From Octopus vulgaris (lineage: Eukaryota), in the NCBI GenBank assembly GCA_951406725.2, contig OX597822.1:21576001-21640000 (forward strand): 64,000 bases of DNA. Reading direction: 5' to 3'. The notes below the pieces were generated by a model. It was not told where the DNA came from, did no database searches, and saw nothing but the letters and a program-made list of their open reading frames with translations. Within the stretch, counting starts at the first letter, position 1. The number at the start of each line of letters is the position of its first letter. Both the position numbers and the translations under genes were made by a program. Below, in pieces: positions 26,426-38,469 of this stretch.

Positions 26426-27308
26426 TTGGGTCATCCCATAAATAATGCAGTTTTTTTATACTTCTTTTATTTTTCAAAATTAAGGTGAACAAAGTTCTTT
26501 TTTAATCAAAAATATGCTCTCCTTCATTTTCTACAATGCTCTTCCATCTATCTGGTAGACTTGCAAAGCTCCTCTTCAACATTCACTTGTCCATGATGAA
26601 AAATACTCCTCCAGTAATGTTCTGACCTCGTCTACAGAATTCATATTTTTTCCGTCCAAATGATTTTGAAGACTGCAGAATAAATGATAACCAGATGGGG
26701 CAATGTCTGGCGAGTCTGATGGGTGGAGCATCGTTTCCCACTCAAACTGCTGCAGCCTTTGGAATGACAATTGACACCTGCATGCTATTGGAAAAGTCAG
26801 CAAACTGGGTCAATGGGTTCCTCACAAACTTTCTAAGTCTAATCACATGCAAAGAACTTCTCTGCTAGTTCCTCAACAGTTACAATGGGATTTTGTTCCA
26901 TCAAGGTTTGCAGTATATCCTTGTTGACCTCTACAGATCTTCCAGGATGCAGCTTGTCTTCTAGGCTGTAGTTTCTGGCTTGGAATTTCTGGAATAACCA
27001 TTGCCGTTGACTTATGCTTATTGTCTCATCCCCATTTATCACACTGCATTAATGCTCCTTGCACTTACCATTGTGTTGTTGCCTTCATTGAACTCATAGG
27101 GCAAAATATGCTGAATATGCTCCTTTGTCACTTCCATTAGAGCTTTGAAAAAAATAATTGTTAAAATCGAACAGCTTTCTTCAAAATTTGAACTAAGTAC
27201 ATAGTGAAATTACTACCTGCTTTTATAGAAAGATGATGCAGGTAGTTTATCCTGTGGCCCTCTTATTTTGGTTCATGCAATTGAAAAAACCACATCATTT
27301 ATGGGATG

Positions 27309-27314
<6 letters not shown>
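26426..27314 (-). mobile_element. Internally deleted mariner transposon
   Basis: TIR ttgggtcatcccataaataatg / catttatgggatgaccc; HPSDSPDIAPSGYHLF (YSPDLAP-D motif); N-terminal HTH pieces. Confidence 0.92.
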
Positions 27315-27356
<42 letters not shown>

Positions 27357-27500
27357 AATATGAGGGAATATTATTCCAAACTTACATGGAAAAATTCGAT
27401 TTAGAAATACTAAATCAAATTTCGCAAAATATAATATATATATATATATATCATCATTATCATCATCTTACTTCTGTTTTCCATGTTGATGTTAATGATT

Positions 27501-27656
<156 letters not shown>

Positions 27657-28287
27657 GGTGAGCTAGGACACATCATTTCGTTTGAAACCATAATAAACTA
27701 CCAAATACATTAAGGGTTTACAAGTCACTATTGTGCCTCACTTTTGTGTTAGCAGTGCAACGTTCTGATTTTTAAGTTTACCTGTACAGATTTTCCATAG
27801 AATGTAAGCAATACGGTCAAGATAGAAAAAATAGGTAATGGTTGTATAAGCATATTTCAAGAGTTATTGCTCTTTCATCAGCACCACATCCAACCCATTA
27901 ACTGTCCACAAAGGCAAGGCTTGAATGCTTTATTATGTTTAGCAGTTTAAACACTGTGGGTTAGACTAATTTATGTGTTAAAAAACATTCTTGGCAACTG
28001 GTACATAAATATTAATTGCTAGCATGGGCACATAGATGTAATCACATACAAAATATCATAACTTAAAGTGCCGGCTTTGAATTCTACAAAAAATCTGAAG
28101 AAATAAAATTAAAAATGTGATCATTCCACTGCTAACACAGAAGTAAAGCACCATATTGACTTGTAAACCTTTATTAATATGCTTTGTAGTATACACACAC
28201 ATACATATATATCTATAAATATATATATATATATACATGCACATATGAAAACATTCATATATGCACAAACATATATGTGTATATAAA

Positions 28288-28321
<34 letters not shown>

Positions 28322-28364
28322 CTCTAGTTTCAGCTCAGAGCTGCGGCCATGCTGATGCACCGCC

Positions 28365-28410
<46 letters not shown>

Positions 28411-28624
28411 CATAAAGATATATTTAATATAGACATATATTTCTATATCTATATGTACACGAACACGCACAGTTACATACATCTGTGTATATTTGCATGT
28501 GTGTATATGTGTGTAAGAGAGAGAGAGAGAGAGAGAGTATGAATATATTTTGCTGTGGTGGCCCTGCATGACTGCAGCCACATGGCTGATATGCATCAAA
28601 GAAGAAAGAAATAATATTCACATG

Positions 28625-28660
<36 letters not shown>

Positions 28661-29019
28661 TAGATATTTTTACACGTATGTTTGTTTATATATAGTCATA
28701 TGTGTGTGTGTGCATTTGTAAGTATATATGTATATGTGTGTATGCAGACACATGACAGATTTGCCTATGTACATATACACATACTAACTTGCATATTCAT
28801 AAATATATACAAATATAAGTCTATCAAAATGCATACACACACATACACACACATCTTCAAACCTATATGTATGTGTGTGCTTGCATGTGTGTGTAATAAT
28901 ATATATAAGTTCACATACATGCAAATATTAATATTATACATATTCGTGCTTAAATGTATAACAATTTGTAAATACATCTACATTTTGGCATGCATACTTA
29001 TGTACGTACATACTATATA

Positions 29020-29170
29020 CATATGAGCATACACACCTACATACATACACATGCACACATAGGCATACACACCTACATACATACATGCATACACACACAT
29101 GCACACATAGGCATACACACCTACATACATACATGCATACACACACATGCACACATAGGCATACACAAAT
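29020..29170. repeat. 48-bp higher-order minisatellite built from CA/TACA units, ~3 copies
   Basis: catacacacctacatacatacatgcatacacacacatgcacacatagg repeated. Confidence 0.85.
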
Positions 29171-30253
29171 GTAATGGTGCTCATCAATGAAACCCGCCAT
29201 ATCTTAATAATGTAAAGTTGTCCTACTTTCATAGCAAAAATTCACACAAGTATGAACCTTTAAGTGATCATAACTCACTAGTTATTGGACTTGAATATTT
29301 CAGTTTGGTACTTGTGTGTGTGTGTGTGTTACAGTGTTGCCCATGTTATGCATGCATGCTTGCATACATACATACATACATACATGGTGGCTGCCTCCTT
29401 GTTATCGAGTATGGCCATTGCACGAAGCTTAAACAATGTTGTCATCGTGCAATGCCTGTGCAAGAAGATTTTTTTTAAAGTGAGGAAAAGCTGTGCACTG
29501 AGTCAATCCCACTCACTAAGCAACAGCAGCCATAATCCAAAAAGAAGAACAAGTCAACATCATCAGTAACCACTGAGCCGCAGGTTTTATGTTGGAGTTA
29601 TCCCAGTTACCTGAGTTACCTTCTCCTAGAAGGATGCCCTAACAAAGGAACAAAGGCTAGGAGTCCTTCACTCCCAATGGTTTAACCGCGCGATCAGGTA
29701 TTCAGTCCGATTATTTCTATGTCCCCGCGCATGATACAGCCTTAAGACATTTATTGGATGGCCGTTGACTCTCAAGAGTTCCTCCGCCCTTTGACGGGTT
29801 TTGTTTTTCATCCTGCAGGGTGTCCAATAAACACCCTCCTTACCAAGCATACATACATACATATGTTTATGTGTACTTTGACTTGTAGCCCTCACAAACA
29901 AAAATGCTTATTTACAACTGCATACAAATGGATACATACACATTACATGTATGTAACAAACATATATTTATACATTCAAAAATATATATATATACATGTA
30001 TATAGCTAACATAATGCTTCTTAAACACCCCCCCCACACACACACACACACATGCACACAGATACTTCCTGTCTTTATTCAGACTATATCAGCATTTGTG
30101 ATAGAGCAGTACCATAAACACACATCAAAATTTACATATGTGTATTTGTGTGTGAGAAATAGTCATTCTTCTGAAGTTCTTCCTTCTATAATCTAATATA
30201 GTGGTTGTGTGGGGATGTATATATATAAATACACACTCATATATGTATGTAAC

Positions 30254-30305
<52 letters not shown>

Positions 30306-30574
30306 TATATGTAAATAGATAGGTAAATTGATTAATTAGTATATACCTCCCAGGTAAAACAGTGTGAAATAGGATTGAGGAGGTTGTGAATAGCTGTAAG
30401 GCAGAATGGGTAGTGGCTAGGGTGATGTATCTGCACCAAGTGGAACAGAAATATCAACTTAAATGAAAGTAAAACATCAACAATACACAAATATATGCTA
30501 CGATTTAATTTCCACTGATACTAGAGTAGGATATGAATATGTGGAGTATTATCCCCATCATTTTACAGGCCCCC

Positions 30575-30606
<32 letters not shown>

Positions 30607-31564
30607 CACACACACACTTTAAATGGTTTTCAGTCATTGAACAGTGGTCACGCTAGAGCATTGCTATCATAGGATTTTTAATCAATCACAAGTGAAGTAC
30701 TTAGTTCAACCTGGTACTTATTTTATCATTCTATATTTGCAAATGGTAAGTAATGTTTATGAGATGGCAGTGGCTGTACGTAAACATAAACACGCATATC
30801 AGCACATGCACAAATATACACAGACAGAAATGTATATATGTATTTATACAGCTATATATGTGTTCAGCTAGTGTGCCGGTTAGCATTGGTTTCACAGTGT
30901 TGCTCTTCAGGCCCTGTTTACTAGGAGACGGTATATACAAAAATTCAATATATTTTCAAGTGACATTTTTTCATAATTTTGCTTCCATCAAAGTGAATAA
31001 ATCATCTTCATGCTGTGTAATTCCACTTAATTGTGATATTAAAATCATTGAAAAAAAATATCAGTAAAAGCAAAAAAAAACTTCTGTTAAATGTGATTAA
31101 GGAGGATCGACCACTGTCAATAGAGTGATAACAGTGGTAGAGGAGGGGTGTTTGAGTGTTGGACAAATAAAAAAAAAAATTTTAAAACTTAGCTGAAGTA
31201 AATGAGTGATTGGAGGAAATTTAGAAGAAGAAAGGATGAAGATGTCTAAGATGAAGCAGTACCATGTGTCTGTGCTTATATGTGGCTCTAATTCGGGCAT
31301 CATAATGATATTTTTCACTTATATCCTAGATATTTTACAAAGTGTTTCTATTTCTGGCCTGGTATTTAACCCTTTAGCTTTCAGATTACTCTTTCAAATG
31401 TGATGTTTATTTATTCACAATTCATGCAATTGAAAATAAAACTGCATTTTTTATGGGATGACCCAGTACATATTCATGTGTACATATATGCATTCACACG
31501 CACACACACACGCACATACACACACACACACATACACACACCTATATCTATATTTAATGATTAA

Positions 31565-31795
31565 GGCAGCGAGCTGGCAGAAACGTTAGCAGGCTGGGCG
31601 AAATGCGTTGCCATATTTCGTCTGCCGTTACGTTCCAAGTTCGAATTCCGCCGAGGTCGACTTAGTCTTTCATCCTTCCGAGGTCGATAAATTAAGTACC
31701 AGTTACGCACTGGGGTCGATGTAATCGACTTAATCCCTTTGTCTGTCCTTGTTTGTCTCCTCTGTGTTTAGCCCCTTGTGGGTAGTAAAGAAATA
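31565..31795 (+). mobile_element. SINE family B, young full-length copy
   Basis: ggcagcgagctggcagaaacgttagc...gttcgaattcc...ctttcatccttccgaggtcgataaattaagtaccag; flanks share tttaatgatt. Confidence 0.92.
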
Positions 31796-32793
31796 TGTGT
31801 TTAATGATTTGATGGGTGGAGTAGTTTGACAAGATGTAACAGGCTGAAGGACCATGTGTTGTGCCAATATTTTAGTTTTGACATCATTTCTGTCGCTGGA
31901 TACTGTAAACAACAATAATGACTTTGTAAAATGTGCTGGTTGCTTTTATTGTGGCTCCAGAACTTGTAGGATTGCCTTGTTGCTCATAAGGTAAAAGAAA
32001 ACCTCCATTATTGAAAGAGTAGAGGTTGATATATGAGGGAGCAAATAGATATGTGGTTAAGAAGTTTGCTTTGCAACCATGGGGTTTTGTGTTCTTTTCC
32101 ATTGCTAGGCACTTCAAGCATCAGTCATCTACTCTAACCTCAAGTAAACCAAAGTTTTGTGAGTGCATTTTGTTGACAGAAACTGAAAAGAACCCACATT
32201 AAATATATATGTGTATGAGTGCCCTTTGCAGCAAAACCTAAAACTGAGAGGCTTGAAAGTATATTCAGGAAAGACAAATATTTTAGTTAGAAGGACTCTA
32301 TTGCAATCTGTAAAATAACTATGTTCAATATGCAGAAAAGGAGTATGTTGAACTGATTGTGATCTATGGGTCTTCAGGAAGTTTAGGAAAATCATTGGTA
32401 GGCTGTTGTAAGATGACAGGGTGTTATTTGGGGGAGATTTAGTTATCATATCTAGTAGATCAAATGGCTACATTGATGCTTCATTGTATTCATATGATAT
32501 AAGATTCATTGTGTGATTGTACCTGGTGGCCAGTCAGTGAATAGTACAAACATATATATGTTACTTATATTAAAGAAAGCGCATTAGCATTTCAACAATA
32601 ACTTAATGTATTACTTACATGGATATCTTACAAGATTTTTGTCTTTTGATTTTAGGTTTGTTGTTGTTTTTGTTTCCATTATAGCAGCAATGTTAATGGA
32701 TATTTTCAGAATAAGGGAAATAGCAATGTTCATTATTATGCTGCATATTGCTAACATGGAAGTGTAGATATAAAATGATAAGGATGATGGAAG

Positions 32794-33086
32794 CAGGGCC
32801 GGCCTCAGGAGGTGCAGAGCCCAATTGAAAACAGTTTTGGTGAGCCCTAGGTTCCCAGTCAGCTTGCACCTCGGAATTCCCCCCCCACCACCACCACCAC
32901 CACCTCAGAGTTATTTTGCTTCCTCATTTTGTTTACGGGTGCTATCAACTAATCTCGCCTCCTAATGTACTGCAGAAGACTTTTTTTCCTTTCATGGGCA
33001 TATTAGGTGATCAGAATAGTGGCTATTTTGTATGTTTAATAACTTCGATTTCTAGTATACTAAACAACCATGTTAAGGATGGGCTG
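32794..33086. mobile_element. hAT-like MITE, diverged; its right-hand part recurs at ~37890-37972
   Basis: Left end cagggccggcct; gatca.aatagtg.ct.ttt...atttctag.atactaaa.aac...ttaagga is shared with 37890-37972. Confidence 0.45.
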
Positions 33087-33278
33087 CCTTTCAGTTTATT
33101 TAAAACAGAGTATAATGCGTTAGTGTGTACATATATTTATATGTATATATGTGTGTGTGTGTATATATATGTGTGTATGTATATATGTATGCATGTGTAT
33201 ATGATGTATATGTATGTGTGTATGTGTGTGTATATATGTATGTATATATGTATATGTGTATATGATATGTGTGTGTGT

Positions 33279-33329
<51 letters not shown>

Positions 33330-33594
33330 ACATATATATATATATATATGTATGTATGTATGTATGTATATATGTATGTATGTATGTATATATATATATA
33401 TATATAAAAGTAAATAAATGGTACAACGAAGTACCGATATTTACTGGAAATAGCGAACGTAATAAATACGACGCTAATGTATAGCTTCACTGTGTATGTA
33501 CTAGTAAAGATGCGTGTGTGCAACAAACATGAAAAAAATTGTCTTACCTCTAGGAAGAACATCTGAAAAATGAAAAACCTAGATAACGGATAAG

Positions 33595-33662
33595 GCAGTA
33601 CAGGTTTCGGATTTTTCAAATACGAATGCCAATCGTATAATTGATTTATCCTCATCAGCTGC
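33595..33662 (-). ncRNA. Minimal type-I hammerhead ribozyme with intact catalytic core
   Basis: Minus strand: gcag CTGATGA ggat...atcc GAAA cctg TA ctgc. Helix I 4 bp, G10.1-C11.1 present, helix II extended (tcaa/ttga, atacga/tcgtat), GUA triplet. Confidence 0.85.
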
Positions 33663-33843
33663 ATAAACCTCAACAATATTTCAAATGTTGCCACATCTGT
33701 ACCAGTACACTCGTCTGAATGCCAAAACGTTAACAGAGCGAGAACAGTGAAGAAGTTTCAATGAAAATAGTAATGCAATACGAGAGTATTGCTTTCCCGT
33801 GAGGGTAAAATTATACATAAAAGTAAATAAATTATACATAAAA

Positions 33844-33881
<38 letters not shown>

Positions 33882-33968
33882 ATATATACTTGATAAGTGT
33901 AAGCACCTGTATACGCCAGCATGTGCTTTTCATATTTCTTATAGTGTGATGTAACTCTTTGGAATAAC

Positions 33969-34071
33969 AATGCATGTGGTTGAAGAGAGCTTTAAACTAT
34001 CTTTTATATCTATTATACACTGATTTAAGAACAGGTCGTTTATAAAGCTTGAAACATGTGTACCGCGACAT
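33969..34071 (+). ncRNA. Minimal hammerhead motif, degenerate (C3>U, C11.1>U)
   Basis: aatg..tgtgg tTGAAGA gagcttta...taaagctt GAAA catgtg TA ccgcg.catt. Confidence 0.6.
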
Positions 34072-34142
34072 TCTTTGTTTTCTGTTTTTGATTTTATTTG
34101 ATATATGCATATATATATTTATATATATATGTATGTATATGT

Positions 34143-34187
<45 letters not shown>

Positions 34188-34289
34188 ATATTTCGGAATG
34201 GTCATATTGCCAGTTTAGTCAATAAAAACACACGCACTATATATTTGGTGTTATTATGCTTCAGTGTTATTTATTTTTTACATTAATCG

Positions 34290-35087
34290 TCAGAATAATG
34301 AGAAATGTGTCACGCATGTGCGAGCCCACAGAGTTAAAGAGACACATACAATATTTCATTCACCGCATGCAGTTCTCAGGTTACAGCCATAAAGAAAGGA
34401 TCAGAATATACAAAGGAGCCATGAAGAATTTGTAATGATAGGAATGGGATTTACCCACTCTATAGGAACACGTTATGGAACACTATAGAAAGGACAAAAA
34501 AGAAAATAGGGAAGGCCAACTCTTGGTATGATAGCCATAAATACCAGAGTGTCATGTTCGTTGACACCACCCTTGGAGGTGAACTGGCGTACCGCTTTAG
34601 AAGGACCCTAGCCAAACTTAAGCTAAGAATTAAGGTTGTTGAAAAGCCAGGCAACCCTATCAAATCTATAATTGGTAGAACCTATCCTTTTAGTAGAACC
34701 CCCTGTACGGATAAGTACTGTACTGTATGTAGATTTAGCCCACAAACAAACTGTAAAGCCAGAAATGTAGTCTATAGTATAAGATGTATAGAGGGACGAT
34801 GCAGTAACAAGACAACGACATATGTAGGGGAAACGGCAAGAAGCATAGGAGAGCGGGTAAATGGACATTGGAAACAACTCAAGCAAGGTAAAAGCTCATC
34901 GATTCTGTACCAACACGCCGAACAGGAACACAGGGGATCAATCAATAACATAGAAATTAAAATATTGTCCACACATAGAACAGATGCAACAATTAGACAA
35001 ATTACAGAAGCTACACACATAATAGAAAATAAACCTAGCCCGAATAGAAAACTAGAATGGAGCACTAACACACACCACAACATATGA
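34290..35087 (+). pseudogene. PLE ORF remnant: RT thumb, Cys-rich linker and GIY-YIG endonuclease
   Basis: VRIMRN...HRMQFSGY; PCTDKYCTVC; NVVYSIRC...YVGETARSIGERVNGH; RQITEATHIIENKPSPN. The Cys-rich linker is Neptune-like. Confidence 0.9.
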
Positions 35088-35096
35088 CGATAGAGG

Positions 35097-37054
35097 ATCA
35101 TCATATCATCATCATCATCATCATTTAGCGTCCGTTTTCCATGCTAGCATGGGTTGGACGGTTCAACTGGGGTCTGTGAAGCCAGAAGGCTGCATCAGGC
35201 CCAGTCTGATCTGGCAGTGTTTCTACGGCTGGATGCCCTTCCTAACACCAGCCACTCCGTGAGTGTAGTGGGTTCTTTTTATGTGCCCTCCACACAGGTG
35301 CCAGACGGTGCTGGCAAACGGCCATGAACGGATGGTGCTTTTATGTGCCACCGGCACGGGGGCCAGGCGAGGCTGGCAACGGACACGAACGGATGGTACT
35401 TTTACGTGCCACCGGCACAGAGGCCAGTCGGGGCGGTGCTGGTAACGGCCACAATCGGATGGTTCGCTTACTTGTCACCGGCACTGGTATCACAGCCGCA
35501 ATTTCCATTGATATTGATCGACTTCGATTTTGGTTCTGCTTTCTGATATCTGATTTGATTTTGATTTTGATTTTTTTGATTTTTTGATTTTCACTTGCCT
35601 CAACGGGTCTTCACAAGTGGAGTTTTGTGTCCCAAGAAGGAAAGGTATGTATAAGTCGACTGGCTACATACCAGGTACAGGCCATGGGTTATGGCCTCAC
35701 TTGTCTTGCCGGGTCTTCTCATGCACAGCATACTTCCATAGGTCTCGGTCTCTAGTCATTTCCTTGGTGAGACCTAAAGTTCGAAGGTCGTGCTTCACCA
35801 CCTCGTCCCAGGTTTTCCTGGGTCTACCTCTTCCACAGGTTCCCTCAACTGCTAGGGTGTAGCACTTTTGCACACAACTATCTTCAGCCATTCTCGTCAC
35901 ATGACCATACCAGCGCAGACGTCTCTCTTGCACACCACAACTGATGCTTCTTAGGTTCAACTTTTCTCTCAAGGTACTTACACTCTGTCAATTATGAACA
36001 CTGACATTACACATCCATTGGAGCATACTGGCTTCATTTCTTACGAGCTTACGCATATCCTCAGCAGTCACAGCCCATGTTTCACTACCATGTAGCATGG
36101 CTGTACGTACACATGCATCATACAGTCTACCTTTTACTCTGAGCGAGAGGCCTTTTGTCACCAGCAGGAGTAAGAGCTCTCTAAACTTTGCCCAGGCTAT
36201 TCTTACTCTAGCAGTTACACTTTCAGCACACCCACCCCCGCTACTGACTTGGTCACCTAGGTAGCAGAAGCTATCAACTACTTCTAGTTTGTCTCCCTGG
36301 AACGTGGTAGAAGTTGGTCTCTGCACATTTCCAGTGTTTATTGCTCCTGAGCATCTGCCACATACAAAAACTATTTTCCTAGTTAGCCTCCCTTTGACAT
36401 TGCTGCACCTCTTATGTGTCCATAGCTTACACTTGGTGCACCTTATAGAGTTTCTACCTACACCTTTTTTACAGATCGAGCAGGGCCATCTACCTGAAGT
36501 CGTTTGTGATTGGTCCACCTTCCTACTTATTAGGACTTTGGTTTTGGCTAGGTTGATTCTAAGGCCCTTCGATTCTAATCCTTGTTTCCACACCTGAAAC
36601 TTCTCCTCCAGTTCTGATAGTGACTCAGCAATTAGAGCAAGGTCATCAGCATAGAGGAGCTCCCAGGGGCATCCTGTCTTGAATTCCTCCGTTATTGCCT
36701 GGAGAACTATGATAAATAGGAGGGGACTGAGGACTGAACCTTGGTGGACCCCAACCTCTACCCAGAATTCTTCACTGTACTCGTTGCCAACCCTCACCTT
36801 ACTAGCAGCGTCTCTGTACATGGCTCGCACAGCTCTCACTAACCATTCATCTATCTCTAGTTTCCTCATTGACCACCAGATAAGGGATCGGGGGACCCTG
36901 TCAAAGGCTTTCTCCATGTCAACAAAAGCCAAGTACAGGGCCTTATCTTTGGCTAGGTATTTCTCCTGCAGCTGTCTTACCAGGAATATAGCATCAGTAG
37001 TACTTTTCCCTGGCACGAACCCAAACTGCATCTCATCTAAGCTAACTCTCTCTC
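35097..37054 (-). mobile_element. Young 5'-truncated RTE LINE (copy 3)
   Basis: QFGFVPGKSTTDAIF, AFVDMEKAFDRVP, GVHQGSVLSPLLF, LLYADDL, RLRWYGHV, GRPRKTW; only one in-frame stop (35988-35990); (CAT)n tail at ~35097-35124. Confidence 0.97.
35275..35490 (-). repeat. Imperfect ~60-bp tandem repeats in the RTE 3'UTR
   Basis: ggatggtgcttttatgtgccaccggcac...ggc(a/t)acggccac occurs about 4 times; related units at 12650-12800. Confidence 0.8.
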
Positions 37055-37098
37055 TAAAACATAATAAATACACAGATAAATAAACTAATAGAAATAAA

Positions 37099-37143
<45 letters not shown>

Positions 37144-37304
37144 CGATTCGATTTATTATTATTATTACTAGTATTGTTGTTATACATACATACATACATA
37201 CAAGCATATGTAATGATAATAATAAGTGGATGTAAACACATGAACAAAATAAGAATAAACAAAAACAACAAAACCAAAATACAAATTACATGAACATAAT
37301 TACA

Positions 37305-37452
37305 TGAACGTCCCCGTCACTTAGCGGTTCGGCATAAGAGACCGATAGAATAAGTACTGGGCTTACAAAGAATAAGTTCCAGGGTCGATTTGCTCGACTA
37401 AAGGCGGTGCTCCAGCATGGCCACAGTCAAATGACTGAAACAAGTAAAAGAG
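37305..37452 (+). mobile_element. SINE family A 3' fragment
   Basis: cgtccccgtcacttagcggttcggc...gactgaaacaagtaaaagag. Confidence 0.9.
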
Positions 37453-38104
37453 AATATATAAACAGAAGATACAAATATTACAGGCATCCCCCCACATACA
37501 CACACTAAATAAACATAGACGTACATAGAGATATAAGCATGCACAAATGAAGACATACAACAGAAATACAAAATGGCTGACGGTTAGTGAGGAGAGACAC
37601 AAATAAGAAAGAAGAAAACAAAGGACCACTGATGCGGTCACAGGAGTGTGACGAAAGAACTCAGGCACCGAAATAAGATTAAGATTAATGTAAAAAATAA
37701 ATAACACTGAAGCAAAGTAACACCAAATATATAGTGCGTGTGTTTTTATTGGCTAAACTGGTAAAATGACCATTCCGAAATATAACAATATTTGTTTCAA
37801 CACACAACTTCACATAAAAAATCTTGCACAACAAATATTTAAACGTGTATATATATATATATATATATATATAATACATATTAGACAATTCTGAGATCAA
37901 AATAGTGACTGTTTTTTTATGCCTAATAACTGCTATTTCTAGCATACTAAAGAACAACTTAAGGACCGGCTACCTTTGAGTTTATTTTAAAGAGAGTAGA
38001 AAAATGCTTTACACAACAAATTCCAATATAATTGTAATCTGCACCATCTGAGGTGTATATTTAGAAAATTTTATTACCAAATTATCTATGTTTCAGAAAG
38101 TTAC

Positions 38105-38139
<35 letters not shown>

Positions 38140-38469
38140 CCACGCACACACACACAAATAAATATATACAATATGTGTATGTATATATATGCATATCATT
38201 GGCATCATCAGTTAACGTCCATTTTCCATAGGTTGGACAGTTTGACAGGGGCCAACAAGCCATGGGTTTCATCTGGTACCCATCTGGTTTGGCATGGTTT
38301 TTGTGGCTAGATGTCCTTCCTAAAACCACCACTTCACAGTGTGGACTGAGTGCATTGACGTGGCACCACACAGAAGCATTGTTTCAACGGTTGGATACCC
38401 TTCCTAATCCCACCACTTTACAGGGTAGACTGGATGTTTTTACATGACATCAACATGATGCCTTATATA

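Larger units (their letters stand above)
34185..37787 (+). mobile_element. 5'-truncated Penelope-like element with ~100-bp inverted terminal duplication, interrupted by an RTE LINE and a SINE piece
   Basis: 34185-34289 is the near-exact reverse complement of 37683-37787; RT thumb and GIY-YIG at 34290-35087; HHR-like motif at ~37625-37665. Confidence 0.85.

Noticed and set aside
37055-37277. Hydrophobic N-terminus of the 429-aa ORF
   Set aside because: Antisense PLE 3' and low-complexity sequence fused by chance to the truncated RTE; RTE homology starts near 37052.
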